Part shown: positions 20,471 through 30,253 of the stretch, one piece after another
How positions within the stretch are numbered: position 1 is the stretch's first letter
Layout of the letters: every line of letters begins with the position of its first letter
The notes under the pieces: model-generated
What the model was told of the DNA's origin: nothing
Databases searched by the model: none
What the model saw: only the letters and a program-made list of their open reading frames with translations
Origin: Nitrospira japonica
Lineage (GTDB): Bacteria > Nitrospirota > Thermodesulfovibrionia > UBA6902
Reading direction: 5' to 3'
Assembly: GCA_020723105.1 (NCBI GenBank)
Contig: DYJL01000001.1
Coordinates: 198,273 to 262,272 of the forward strand
Length of the DNA: 64,000 bases
Program-made: the position numbers and the translations under genes

Positions 20471-20812
20471 TTGACAGATAATAATATTCACATGTCTAAT
20501 TTACGCAAAGTACAGGTTTGTAATGACAGGAGGAGAAGGAGAACTGTTTTATCCACTATCGGGGTTTTGATATTTATATATCTTTTCCTTAACATGATTT
20601 TTGGAGAGGATTCACTTTTGAAATACTTTCAAATGAGAACGGCCACTTCGGATCTTAAGGTTGAGGTAGACACGATAAGAAAACAGACTGAAGAAATCAG
20701 GGCAGAAGCAGAGTTACTTAAAGACGGTAAAGACCTCACACTGATTGAGAAACTTGCGAGAGAGCGCGGGCTTGTAAAGAAAGATGAGCAGGTATATAAG
20801 TTTGTGGATTAA
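20471..20812 (+). CDS. FtsB/DivIC-like septum-formation initiator (TM + coiled coil)
   Basis: N-terminal TM helix followed by a coiled coil. LARERGLVKKDEQVYKF resembles the FtsB C-terminal motif. Confidence 0.5.
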   Translation: MTDNNIHMSNLRKVQVCNDRRRRRTVLSTIGVLIFIYLFLNMIFGEDSLLKYFQMRTATSDLKVEVDTIRKQTEEIRAEAELLKDGKDLTLIEKLARERGLVKKDEQVYKFVD

Positions 20813-21035
20813 GAAACTGAAATATCTGAATAGAAGGATGCTGAGCAGAGGAAGAAACCGGATGAAGCGACAGGGGATTAGAAATTGTTTGTAATTATTG
20901 AAGGTTTGTAAGGTTGGAAAGTTTGAAAAAAAGTTAGGAAAATTAATGTAAGCACTCAGATGTCAGTAGAAACAAAGAACGTAGTCAGCAAAAGGAAAAA
21001 GATAATAAGATTGTGAAGTGAGTTAAGAGGGGAAA

Positions 21036-21860
21036 ATGGATACAGGGACAGAACATACCTCAGATGAACTGCTTGATTCTGCGTGGGGATTATGTGTTCC
21101 AGTTGGAAGGATACTTGGGATCGATATTAGAATACATGCTCTTGTACTTTTGGGAATATTGCTTGAGTATAATAAACTGTCATGCCTTAAGAATATTTTG
21201 TGTCTGTATGCGTTCTTACTTTTCTATTCAGGTTTGTTTCTGTCCATCCTTGCACACGAGTTGGGACATGCTTTGGCCACAAAGTTCTTCGGGAATATAG
21301 TCAAAGGGATAATTGTTTTCCCACCCCTCGGAGGAATGGCATTCATCCAGGTAGATAACGAGAGACCGATCAGAAATATTTTGATCTATCTGTCAGGACC
21401 GGCTGTAAATATTGTTTTGGCCATTATACTGATGTATTCATACAGGCACGCAACCATGGAATATCATTTTCTGATCTACGACGGATTAAAACTTATGATG
21501 TGGGTAAACCTGTTGATAGGACTTGTGAACCTGATTCCCTTCTATCCGCTTGATGGAGGACGCATTCTTCATAATCTGATATTGTTGTTTAGATACGGCG
21601 AAAGGAAAGCAAACATCTTAACCTTATGTTTTTCATCTGTGTGCTTTGTTGCAATAGTAATATATACATTAAAGGAAGGATATTACTTTAACCTGATTAT
21701 TGCGATGTTACTGATGATCGTTTCGTATTTAGTTTTAACAGAAAAGCCTGCCGGATCTCAGGAGGTTTTCGAAAAAGTGAGTCTTGACCCAAAGTTGGTG
21801 CATTTTCGCGAAGGCGAAGGACCAGAGATACTTAATGAATATAAGGTGTTGCAAGAGTAA
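21036..21860 (+). CDS. M50-family (site-2 protease-like) membrane metalloprotease
   Basis: HELGHAL zinc-binding motif within a TM helix. Multiple TM segments. LDGG motif later in the protein. Confidence 0.7.
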   Translation: MDTGTEHTSDELLDSAWGLCVPVGRILGIDIRIHALVLLGILLEYNKLSCLKNILCLYAFLLFYSGLFLSILAHELGHALATKFFGNIVKGIIVFPPLGGMAFIQVDNERPIRNILIYLSGPAVNIVLAIILMYSYRHATMEYHFLIYDGLKLMMWVNLLIGLVNLIPFYPLDGGRILHNLILLFRYGERKANILTLCFSSVCFVAIVIYTLKEGYYFNLIIAMLLMIVSYLVLTEKPAGSQEVFEKVSLDPKLVHFREGEGPEILNEYKVLQE

Positions 21861-22068
21861 GAACTAGGTATAAGGGAAGCAGATCAAGCATATAAGATTT
21901 ATGAAGCTGTATGGTTTGGAAATCCTAAGCTGAAAGATTTGAAGTATTTGTGCATGCCCGCCTAACTGGACTCCACTTCAATTAAAATAATGGCAATAAA
22001 ACTGATCGTTTCTGTGATAATATGAATCGAAATCATTGTCTGTAAGTATTACACATTGAAGGGGATTA

Positions 22069-23073
22069 ATGGTCTATAAAAAATATCTCATATACTCGAT
22101 AGCTGTTTTCCTCTTAATTGCAGTAATGGCTGTATGGTATAAGCTTTGGACCCCGGGAAAGGATTTCACTGACGGGAGGTATGACAAACAGCAGAATGGT
22201 ATATGGATTCAGCATGGCTGGCTCGGTGATGATTTGTGGTTCATCAGGAACAAGAAGAAAGAGAAGATTGCATATTTTCGTAATACAGATGAGATAAAGA
22301 GTCTTGCATCACTTCTTCAAAAACATAATATTAACGATGTATTCCCTCACCTTTGCCCGACTTTATCAAATGGTGAGATCCCGGCTGTTGACCATGAGCA
22401 GACTGAGAAGTTCCTTAATGAGTTTAAAAGGCTTCGCATAATTCCATGGGTAGGTGGAGTACTTGGTATTCAGGCATTTCCGGAAAGACCTGAATGGCGC
22501 AGGCGTTTTGTGGATTCTGTCTCAAGATTATTAAAAATGTATCCGGAATTCGCAGGCATTCATATCAATATTGAGCCATGTCCTTCTGGCGATGAAAATT
22601 TTCTAACGTTGCTCGATGATGTGAGACGCGTGCTCCCTAAAGGAAAGATACTCTCGGTTGTCGCCTTCCCTCCACCGACTATTTTGCATCCTTTCTCAGA
22701 TGTGCATTGGGACGAGGATTATTACCGTCAGGTTTCTAAACGCGCAGATCAAATGGTTGTAATGATGTATGACACAGCGATACGGTTTGAGAAGATATAT
22801 CAATATATCATGGTTGATTGGACAAAAAAGATACTTGACTGGTCGGGGGATGCCAAAGTTCTTTTCGGTCTGCCTGCATATCAGGACGCTGATACTGGTT
22901 ATCATGATCCTGAAGTTGAGAACTTATTCAACGCGTTGCCTGCAATTCATGCAGGACTGATCCGCTTCAATGAATTACCGCGGAATTATCAGGGTATTTC
23001 GCTCTATTGTGAGTGGGAAATGAATGTGGAGAAATGGGGGATATTTGAGAGTCACTTCCAAAGCAAAAAGTGA
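22069..23073 (+). CDS. Membrane-anchored hypothetical protein, possibly a TIM-barrel glycosyl-hydrolase-like fold
   Basis: N-terminal TM anchor. No firm catalytic motif, so the functional call is weak. Confidence 0.35.
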   Translation: MVYKKYLIYSIAVFLLIAVMAVWYKLWTPGKDFTDGRYDKQQNGIWIQHGWLGDDLWFIRNKKKEKIAYFRNTDEIKSLASLLQKHNINDVFPHLCPTLSNGEIPAVDHEQTEKFLNEFKRLRIIPWVGGVLGIQAFPERPEWRRRFVDSVSRLLKMYPEFAGIHINIEPCPSGDENFLTLLDDVRRVLPKGKILSVVAFPPPTILHPFSDVHWDEDYYRQVSKRADQMVVMMYDTAIRFEKIYQYIMVDWTKKILDWSGDAKVLFGLPAYQDADTGYHDPEVENLFNALPAIHAGLIRFNELPRNYQGISLYCEWEMNVEKWGIFESHFQSKK

Positions 23074-23276
23074 TTTGTTGAAAAGTTGTGAACGATACTT
23101 CGGAGAGCTATGAAATATATAGGCTTACTATATTTGCATACAAATGAGGCATCAATAATTTACCGAATAATAAGGAATGTTAAATAACTTAATGATTTAT
23201 CGAAGAGAGCATGGATGGTCAATCACTTTGCCCCCGTGCCGACAGTAGTGAACTGGTTGAGGTAGATCAGAGACGA

Positions 23277-23765
23277 CTACACAATTTTTGCATGCGTTCT
23301 AGGCTTGAACCTCATACTCCTGCAAACCAACACATCAGGAAAATGTGTTACACTTACATTATACTTCGTAATTTTTTGATTGTATCGCATCAGAAGTCCC
23401 TGCAATTCATTATACAGGTTATTCCACCTATCACTGGCACTCATAAAAAGATTGTCCGCTTTCAATTGTGGATATTTCGAAAGAAGAATATGAGGGTTAG
23501 CCTGGCCAAGTGCTACAGCATTGAGAATATTTTTTTCATGAATGGAATACCTTGCGAGAAGGTTTGACACCTCAGTGTAAACCCGATTTAGCTTTGTTTT
23601 CGTTGATTCCATGTTTGAGAACAGTTCGCTTAACTCTATTTCGAAGATTTTATTCTTATTGTAGATGTAGATCATATAGGGAACTAACAGAACTAACAAT
23701 AAGATAAGGAAAGCGGGTATTAGTATCATCCAATTCATGGTATTAGTCAAAAACTTCTGTTTCAT
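23277..23765 (-). CDS. LemA-family membrane protein
   Basis: N-terminal TM. YPQLKADNLF...LQGLLMRYNQKITKYN...FPDVLV matches the LemA consensus (YPdLKAn..F..Lq.eL..tEnri..aRr.YN..v..YN..i..FP). Confidence 0.7.
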   Translation of the reverse strand: MKQKFLTNTMNWMILIPAFLILLLVLLVPYMIYIYNKNKIFEIELSELFSNMESTKTKLNRVYTEVSNLLARYSIHEKNILNAVALGQANPHILLSKYPQLKADNLFMSASDRWNNLYNELQGLLMRYNQKITKYNVSVTHFPDVLVCRSMRFKPRTHAKIV

Positions 23766-23878
23766 GCCTGACTTATAAGAAATAGCTTTTTAAGACTGCG
23801 TGATTATATCTGAAATAATGCTGATTTGGCAATCTTTCTTTTCTTGTATTAAACCTGAAAATTAAGACTTATCTTTTC

Positions 23879-24451
23879 TTGTGCTATAATGCAAATCTAG
23901 GGGACGGATTGCGAGGATCTAAGTTGAATTGTAGCAAGAAAATCATTTCTGCAGTTCTTATCTTTTCTCTCCTTGCCCTCTGCATCAACTTACAAACGTA
24001 TGCTAAGGATTACACGATTATCCGGGGAACGGTTACGAAGGTCAGCGATGGAGATACTATTGTTGTCAGACCTTTCAGTGGGAAACTTTTTAAGTGCAGG
24101 CTTTACGGAATTGATACTCCTGAGATATCGCATAATGGAATAGTAGGGCAACCTTATGGTAATGCTGCTGAAAGAGAGCTGAAAAATCTTATTCTGCATA
24201 CTACTGTTGATATTACTCTTACCGGTGATAAAACATATGAGCGTGAAGTATGTATCATCAAGAAAATGGGTGTGGACATCAATAGGGAGATGGTTATAAG
24301 AGGCTACGCGTGGGCTTACATAGAATATCTTAAAGGACCTTATGCTTCCGAGTACATTAGGGCTGAAGCTGAGGCTCGTAAAATGCGCCGCGGGTTATGG
24401 CAGCAGAGAAATCCAACACCACCGTGGGAATTTAGAAGAGAAAAGAAATAG
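23879..24451 (+). CDS. Staphylococcal-nuclease (SNase/thermonuclease)-like secreted nuclease
   Basis: Signal-peptide-like N-terminus. GDTIVV...RLYGIDTPE...QPYGNAAERELKNLI matches the SNase fold motifs. Confidence 0.65.
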   Translation: MCYNANLGDGLRGSKLNCSKKIISAVLIFSLLALCINLQTYAKDYTIIRGTVTKVSDGDTIVVRPFSGKLFKCRLYGIDTPEISHNGIVGQPYGNAAERELKNLILHTTVDITLTGDKTYEREVCIIKKMGVDINREMVIRGYAWAYIEYLKGPYASEYIRAEAEARKMRRGLWQQRNPTPPWEFRREKK

Positions 24452-25081
24452 CGTTAAAACCCTCCAGCGAAGACCTGTCTATTAAATCATCATCCCCATC
24501 TTTGTACAGACCTTATAAATTGCTTTTTTACCACTATCTAATGAGAACTGTCAAATATGAAGGATTAGAATAAATTATTAATCTAAATTAGTACTATAAA
24601 ATTCATTCATCAGTCCAAGCACCATCAATTCTTCCAAATCGCATAAACATTGACACCGGAGCAGGGAATTATGGGCCGTTGACGGCTATAGAACTGCCGT
24701 CACTGAAAATCTGGCAGCAAAATTAATCTGGACAGCCTACCATTGCTGCTCTCGCTTTTTTTAAAAACCTCGGTAACCTGCACAATCGTTTCGGCAAAAA
24801 TAACCGAAATCCCCCCAATATCCTTCCATTAGGAAGTCTTTCCGCACTATCACCTCCCTTCAAAAGTAATACAAATACATAGCATTTAATTTTCAGTAGT
24901 TTTAACGAAAAGGTGTGACTGGACATAAGCCGTCATGCCCTTTTTGTCTTGAAGGGAGGTGAAACGTGATTGAAAGAATAATCATAACAATTCTGCTGAT
25001 TGTCTATGTGTATATAGGAATAAATCTTATGGAAACTGTCTACCAGATTTTAATAAAACTTAGAAAAAGGAGAAAACGGAA

Positions 25082-26584
25082 ATGGTTGATCAACCAGGTA
25101 ACAATACAGTAGCAGCGAGAGAATGCTTAAATAATTCAGAACTGTCATCAACCCTTTTGGGTCCTATTTTCAGGCTTCCCAAGGCAGGAGTTATCCGGCC
25201 CGGCATCAAAGCTTTAAAGAAAAGCTGTACTGCCGATGATCAGAAGATTTATAGCAGAATGCTTGAAGAAGGCGCTACATGGGATGAAATTGACCGCTCT
25301 CTTGGAACGGACAAGAATGGTAAATCGAAATTGATCCCTGAAAACGTCGATTACTTCACTATACGTCCGGAGGACTGTAAGAATTCTGATGACGCAAGAA
25401 GGCTTCATGACTTTTATGCCGATCCTGACGGGAAAATAAGAAGCCTTCCTGTCTGGTTCTCTATCAATGAATGGTATAACATCATCCCACACGGACTGAG
25501 AGCTTTCGGCAAAACGCAGGGAATCCGCTACCATAGCGATCTCATTGAAAAACAGGATGCTGATGGCAGAAAAGAGTTTACTCGTGTTTGCAGGTTCCCT
25601 CTTAACGTTGAGCCCGGAAAAAGGATTTACGGCGGTAGAAGATGCGGTGAAAGGCCGTGTGATCCCAATAATTGCCCTGAATACCAGTCCGGGAGCTGCA
25701 AATTCGGAGGGGTCATCTGCTGCCACATTCCCGGCGTCAAAGGTGTAGGAGTATGGCTTATACCGACAACATCATGGTATTCCCTATCAAACATCAAGAG
25801 CACGTTCGAAATTGTAGCAAACCTGACACGGGGAAAGATTGCAGGACTTGTTGAACCCTCTGCTGACTCTCCAAGCCGTTTTAAGACAGTGTTTCGTATC
25901 CGGAAGGTATCGGAGACTGTATCCATGATAGATCATAAATCAGGCAATCCGACAAGGGTTGAGCAGGATCTTATTCATCTGGACGTAGATATAGATCTGA
26001 CAGAGTTGGCTGTTTCTTATAACGGTCATAAACTGATCACAACCGGTTTCTCATCCGCAGCCTTGCTGAATGGCAAAAACAACGGAACAGGTTCCCATTC
26101 ATCGCTATTAAACAAACCATCGGATAATAGCATGGACAAGTCTGAAACTAATGCCACTACGGGATCAAAAGAAGATAAAAATCCTGAGCCGGGAAACACA
26201 AACAAGACACTTGGTGAGGATGCAGGAAAACTTTTTGGGCTGCTCGCTGCTAAATTCGATACAAATGAGGGAATTAAGGCTGAACTGGAAAGACTGACAA
26301 ACAGGAACAGCTTTTTCGAACTAACCGATAATGAGGCAAAGACAGCCATTGATGCTCTCACAAAGTCGGCCAAGAAGCAATGCGATCCGCCTTCAGATAA
26401 CGGCAATGAGCCGGATGAGGTAAAAGAACTTAAAACCATTCTCACGGCACTGTGTGAAGGGGAAGACGACATAGCGGTCAAGCTCAAGGAATTAACCGGC
26501 GTTGATTCATTTGAGAAGGTTACAAAAGAAATGGCAATAAGGGCCATTGAAAAAATGACTGTAAACACCCTGAATGACTTTTAA
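25082..26584 (+). CDS. Hypothetical 500-aa protein with a Cys-rich centre and a low-complexity Ser/Asn/Lys/Glu-rich C-terminal half
   Basis: Cys cluster CGERPCDPNNCPEYQSGSCKFGGVICCH. It is the first gene of a co-directional module with DUF736 and a Toprim primase. Confidence 0.5.
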   Translation: MVDQPGNNTVAARECLNNSELSSTLLGPIFRLPKAGVIRPGIKALKKSCTADDQKIYSRMLEEGATWDEIDRSLGTDKNGKSKLIPENVDYFTIRPEDCKNSDDARRLHDFYADPDGKIRSLPVWFSINEWYNIIPHGLRAFGKTQGIRYHSDLIEKQDADGRKEFTRVCRFPLNVEPGKRIYGGRRCGERPCDPNNCPEYQSGSCKFGGVICCHIPGVKGVGVWLIPTTSWYSLSNIKSTFEIVANLTRGKIAGLVEPSADSPSRFKTVFRIRKVSETVSMIDHKSGNPTRVEQDLIHLDVDIDLTELAVSYNGHKLITTGFSSAALLNGKNNGTGSHSSLLNKPSDNSMDKSETNATTGSKEDKNPEPGNTNKTLGEDAGKLFGLLAAKFDTNEGIKAELERLTNRNSFFELTDNEAKTAIDALTKSAKKQCDPPSDNGNEPDEVKELKTILTALCEGEDDIAVKLKELTGVDSFEKVTKEMAIRAIEKMTVNTLNDF

Positions 26585-26614
26585 AAACAATAATCAAAAG
26601 AAAGGAGACAAAAG

Positions 26615-26851
26615 ATGTCAAAACAAATCGGCGCATTATGGGTAAAGGAGTATACAAGAGACGGTGAACCGAGAAAGATGCTTTCCGGAACACTTGATAT
26701 CGGAGTTTTGGGAGAGATAGACATAGCCATTTTCCCAAACGACCAGAAAAAAGAATCCAAACACCCGGATTACCGTATTGTACTTGGGACCTCAAACGGA
26801 AAAGGTGAGTTCAAGGCCAGAGAAGAAAGATCAGACAAGAAACCTTTCTAA
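26615..26851 (+). CDS. DUF736-family protein (commonly carried on conjugative/integrative elements)
   Basis: IGALWVKEYTRDGEPRKMLSGTLDIGVLGEIDIAIFPNDQKKESKHPDYRIVLG matches the DUF736 pattern (IG.f.k....f.G.l......v.l.p...k...APDYRv). SD GAAAGGAGA upstream. Confidence 0.55.
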   Translation: MSKQIGALWVKEYTRDGEPRKMLSGTLDIGVLGEIDIAIFPNDQKKESKHPDYRIVLGTSNGKGEFKAREERSDKKPF

Positions 26852-27030
26852 GGTCCTTATCTACATCTACCAAAAATGGGGCGAGAGTTTCTCTTGCCCT
26901 TTTTTTTGCCTTAAGGAGGTAATACACAGGTAATAACTAACTATTTAGTAGAAATCCGAACGAAAAGGGCAGAGCAAAAGTAACATTATTTTGCCATGTC
27001 CTTTTTGTTTTCAAATATCATGGAGGTGAT

Positions 27031-28035
27031 ATGGAAAGGAAAATAATTGAAAAAGCAAAAAACATCAACTTAATGTCGTACATCGAGCTCGTGTTAGGGC
27101 TTGTTCCGCAAAGACGTGTATCCGGCGGCACTTTTTACTTCTCGCCGTTCAGGCAGGAGAGTGAAGCTTCATTGCATGTCTCGTTATTAAACGGGATCTG
27201 GCAGTGGTATGACCACGGGAGCGCAAACCGTGATGGCGGAGACACAGTTAAGTTTGTGCTCAAACTCAGGCAATGTTCTTTTAAGGAGGCAGTTGATGAT
27301 CTGCTCAGGTTTGACGGATCAAGCTGTGAGAATGAACAAACACAGCCTGTAAACAGGTCGAAGATTGACACTTCCCGGAATAAGATGAAAAAAATATTCT
27401 GGGCCAGAAAATTCTACAGCCGGCTGCCTAATAATAATGAAAGGCTGATAAGGAGGTACTTTACTGAAAGAAGATTACGATTTTATCCTGAACTGGGCTG
27501 TAAGGTGTATGTCCACTTCAAAGATCAGTTGAGCTACGTTACTTTTCCGCTTCCCAATCCTGAAAAACTCAGAGGGTTGGAGCTCAGGGAGATATGCGGT
27601 CTTGATAAAGAGATAGGTTTAACTGAAGAAAGAAAGAATCGTAAGAATTACGGCACAAAGACCTTGTGGGTATTTAAAAGAGACACATCCCGGATACTGG
27701 TTGCGGAATCAATACTTGATGCGCTTGCCGGAGAGGTCATTCTCAACGATTACAACATATCACTTGCAGCCTTAAATGGGGTAGGGCAGGTATCCCAGCT
27801 TAACCCTTTAATTCAAAGTATGAAGCCCCAAAAAATTGTTTTTGCTCCTGACAGGGACATGCCTGGCAGGGAAACTGAGTTAATCGCTAAAGAAATTTTC
27901 AAAAGAAATAACGTTGAGTATGAAGTTCTTGAGACAAAAGAGAAGGACTTGTTTAGGGCACTTCATTTAGGGAAAGGAGTAAACAATGCTTACGACAGCA
28001 AATCGCAAACTGAATATCTCAAAGAATGCTCTTGA
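27031..28035 (+). CDS. Primase-like protein: degenerate CHC2-type N-terminal domain plus C-terminal Toprim domain
   Basis: N-terminus ASLHVSLLNGIWQWYDHGSANRDGGDTVKFV resembles the DnaG zinc-ribbon region but lacks the Cys ligands. The C-terminus has Toprim-like E...DxD (ILVAESILDA ... FAPDRDMPG). Confidence 0.5.
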   Translation: MERKIIEKAKNINLMSYIELVLGLVPQRRVSGGTFYFSPFRQESEASLHVSLLNGIWQWYDHGSANRDGGDTVKFVLKLRQCSFKEAVDDLLRFDGSSCENEQTQPVNRSKIDTSRNKMKKIFWARKFYSRLPNNNERLIRRYFTERRLRFYPELGCKVYVHFKDQLSYVTFPLPNPEKLRGLELREICGLDKEIGLTEERKNRKNYGTKTLWVFKRDTSRILVAESILDALAGEVILNDYNISLAALNGVGQVSQLNPLIQSMKPQKIVFAPDRDMPGRETELIAKEIFKRNNVEYEVLETKEKDLFRALHLGKGVNNAYDSKSQTEYLKECS

Positions 28036-30073
28036 GGTATTAAGGAAGCGTTATCTTAAAAAGGATGACCATGGCAATCCGACGGAAACACCGGAAGATT
28101 TGTTCAGGCGTGTTGCAGAGAACATAGCTCATGCAGACAGCTTCTACGGGGCATCCCCTAAAGAAGTAACACAAACTGCAGAGACATTCTATGATCTTAT
28201 CATGAGCTTGCGGTTCTTACCGAACAGCCCTACGCTTATGAACGCAGGAAGGGAATTACAGCAGCTTTCAGCGTGTTTTGTATTGCCCGTCGGTGATTCG
28301 ATGGAGGAAATTTTCGAGGCTTTAAAGAAGGCCGCTCTGATTCATCAAAGCGGCGGAGGTACGGGATTTTCGTTCAGCAGGCTTCGTCCGAAAGACGATA
28401 TGGTTTCAACAACAAAGGGAAAGGCAAGTGGGCCTATATCTTTTATGGAGGTCTTTGATTCAGCAACGAATACTGTCAAACAGGGTGGGACCCGCAGGGG
28501 CGCAAACATGGGGATTTTGAGAGTGGATCATCAGGACATCTTGGAGTTCATCTCCTGCAAAGGCGAAGAGGGAAGGCTGCAAAATTTCAACATTTCTATA
28601 GCCATAACCAACAGTTTCATGCAGGCGCTAAAGGAAGAAAAGATGTACCGTCTCATAAACCCGCGCACAAAGAAAGTTGTTAAAGAGCTTTCGGCAAGAG
28701 AGGTATTCAACAGGATTGTTGATATGGCATGGAAAAACGGAGAGCCGGGGATTATCTTCATTGACAGGATCAATGAGAAAAATCCCACTCCTCATGCAGG
28801 TGAGATAGAAGCCACTAATCCATGCGGAGAACAGCCTCTTTTGCCATATGAGTCCTGTAATCTTGGTTCCATCAATCTTTCACTGATGGTTGATAGTGCC
28901 TCCGTAAACTGGAAGTTACTTGAGGATACTATAAAAACTGCGGTGCATTTTCTGGATAACGTCATAGACATGAACAAGTACCCACTGTCTCAGATAGAGA
29001 CCGTCACCAAACTCAACAGGAAGATCGGACTCGGGGTTATGGGATGGGCTGATATGCTTCTTAAAATGAGAATTAAGTATAGCTCAGATGAGGCAGTCAA
29101 GCTTGCTGAAAAGGTAATGAGTTTCATTCAGGCTGTAGCATATGATGCATCTGCTGAACTTGCAATGAAAAGAGGGGCGTTCCCCAACTGGAAGGGAAGC
29201 ATCCACAACGGAGATAACGGTAGAAAACTCAGAAATGCCTCAATCACAACCATTGCCCCTACGGGAAGCATCAGCATAATTGCTGGTTGCTCTTCAGGCA
29301 TTGAGCCTGTCTTTGCATGGCAGCATAAAAGCAAACAGGTGGATACGGAGTTTACATGGGAACATCCCATATGGGCGTTGTATAAGGATAAGGATTTACT
29401 TCCCGAGTACTTTGTTAAGGCTGACCAGATTCCAACCGAATGGCACGTCAAGATGCAGGCCGCTTTCCAGAGGAACACTGATAATGCCGTCTCAAAAACG
29501 GTAAATCTGCCTAACTCGGCGACCAGAGAGGATGTTGCAAAGACCTATCTGCTGGCGTATGAGTTTGGATGTAAAGGCATCACAGTCTACCGTGATGGAA
29601 GCCGGGAAGAACAGGTTTTGACAACTACAGACAGACAAATTGCAAAGAAAGGCAAGAGCGGGAAGGAGACCTTGCCTGAGGTGATTGATGAGAAAAGGGT
29701 TGTGGTTCCGACAAAAGAAGGTAAATATTACATCCATCTAAGCCATGTTAATGGAACGCCGAAAGAGATATTCGTCACTGTTCCTCCGATTGGCAAATCG
29801 AGGGCGTGGGTTGAATGTATCTCAAGGCTGATATCCATTGCTATGCGAGCCGGAGTTTCCTGCGAGGCTCTTATTGATCAGCTCTATAAGAGCTATTTGC
29901 AGTATGGAGACGTAACATCACCATTGCTGCATATCAATAAAGGTCTGACAAAGGCGCTTGAGTCATTAAACAGAAAGCCCAACTTTGAGATCACATGCAC
30001 TGACTGCGGCGGAGTAATGATTCTGGAAGAAGGATGTATGAAGTGCTACTCATGCGGCGCAAGCGCCTGCTGA
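27986..30073 (+). CDS. nrdJ: Class II (adenosylcobalamin-dependent) ribonucleotide reductase
   Basis: NPCGEQPL active-site motif. C-terminal zinc-ribbon CTDCGGVMILEEGCMKCYSCGASAC. The start overlaps the primase gene end by 50 nt. Confidence 0.85.
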   Translation: MLTTANRKLNISKNALEVLRKRYLKKDDHGNPTETPEDLFRRVAENIAHADSFYGASPKEVTQTAETFYDLIMSLRFLPNSPTLMNAGRELQQLSACFVLPVGDSMEEIFEALKKAALIHQSGGGTGFSFSRLRPKDDMVSTTKGKASGPISFMEVFDSATNTVKQGGTRRGANMGILRVDHQDILEFISCKGEEGRLQNFNISIAITNSFMQALKEEKMYRLINPRTKKVVKELSAREVFNRIVDMAWKNGEPGIIFIDRINEKNPTPHAGEIEATNPCGEQPLLPYESCNLGSINLSLMVDSASVNWKLLEDTIKTAVHFLDNVIDMNKYPLSQIETVTKLNRKIGLGVMGWADMLLKMRIKYSSDEAVKLAEKVMSFIQAVAYDASAELAMKRGAFPNWKGSIHNGDNGRKLRNASITTIAPTGSISIIAGCSSGIEPVFAWQHKSKQVDTEFTWEHPIWALYKDKDLLPEYFVKADQIPTEWHVKMQAAFQRNTDNAVSKTVNLPNSATREDVAKTYLLAYEFGCKGITVYRDGSREEQVLTTTDRQIAKKGKSGKETLPEVIDEKRVVVPTKEGKYYIHLSHVNGTPKEIFVTVPPIGKSRAWVECISRLISIAMRAGVSCEALIDQLYKSYLQYGDVTSPLLHINKGLTKALESLNRKPNFEITCTDCGGVMILEEGCMKCYSCGASAC

Positions 30074-30130
30074 GTCCGCACGATTCAAAGTAAGGGCGTA
30101 TGGGATTTCCTGTACGTCCTTTTTTGTTTT
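29904..30130. repeat. Left copy of a ~220-bp diverged direct repeat (nrdJ 3' end plus terminator)
   Basis: About 85% identical by eye to 35595..35806. Covers codons ...GDVTSPLLHINKGLTKALESLN..CTDCGG..CGASAC plus the terminator. Confidence 0.7.
30093..30126 (+). terminator. Rho-independent terminator after nrdJ
   Basis: AGGGCGTATGG-gattt-CCTGTACGTCCT stem (11 bp including three G·U pairs) followed by TTTTTTG. The same structure recurs after the orphan nrdJ fragment at about 35773..35813. Confidence 0.45.
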
Positions 30131-30253
30131 TCGAATAGCTTGAAATTGGTCGCATGAAAAGTAAATGACTTCCCCTTTTCATCAGATGATCCCTTTCATT
30201 ATTGAAAATTATTTGCAGCAATATTAGCATGAAGAAATCGTGAAAGTTTCCTC

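Noticed and set aside
24966-25110. About 48-codon GTG-initiated hydrophobic small ORF just upstream of the 500-aa gene
   Set aside because: No SD. It overlaps the start region of the downstream gene in another frame. It cannot be distinguished from chance in AT-rich sequence.
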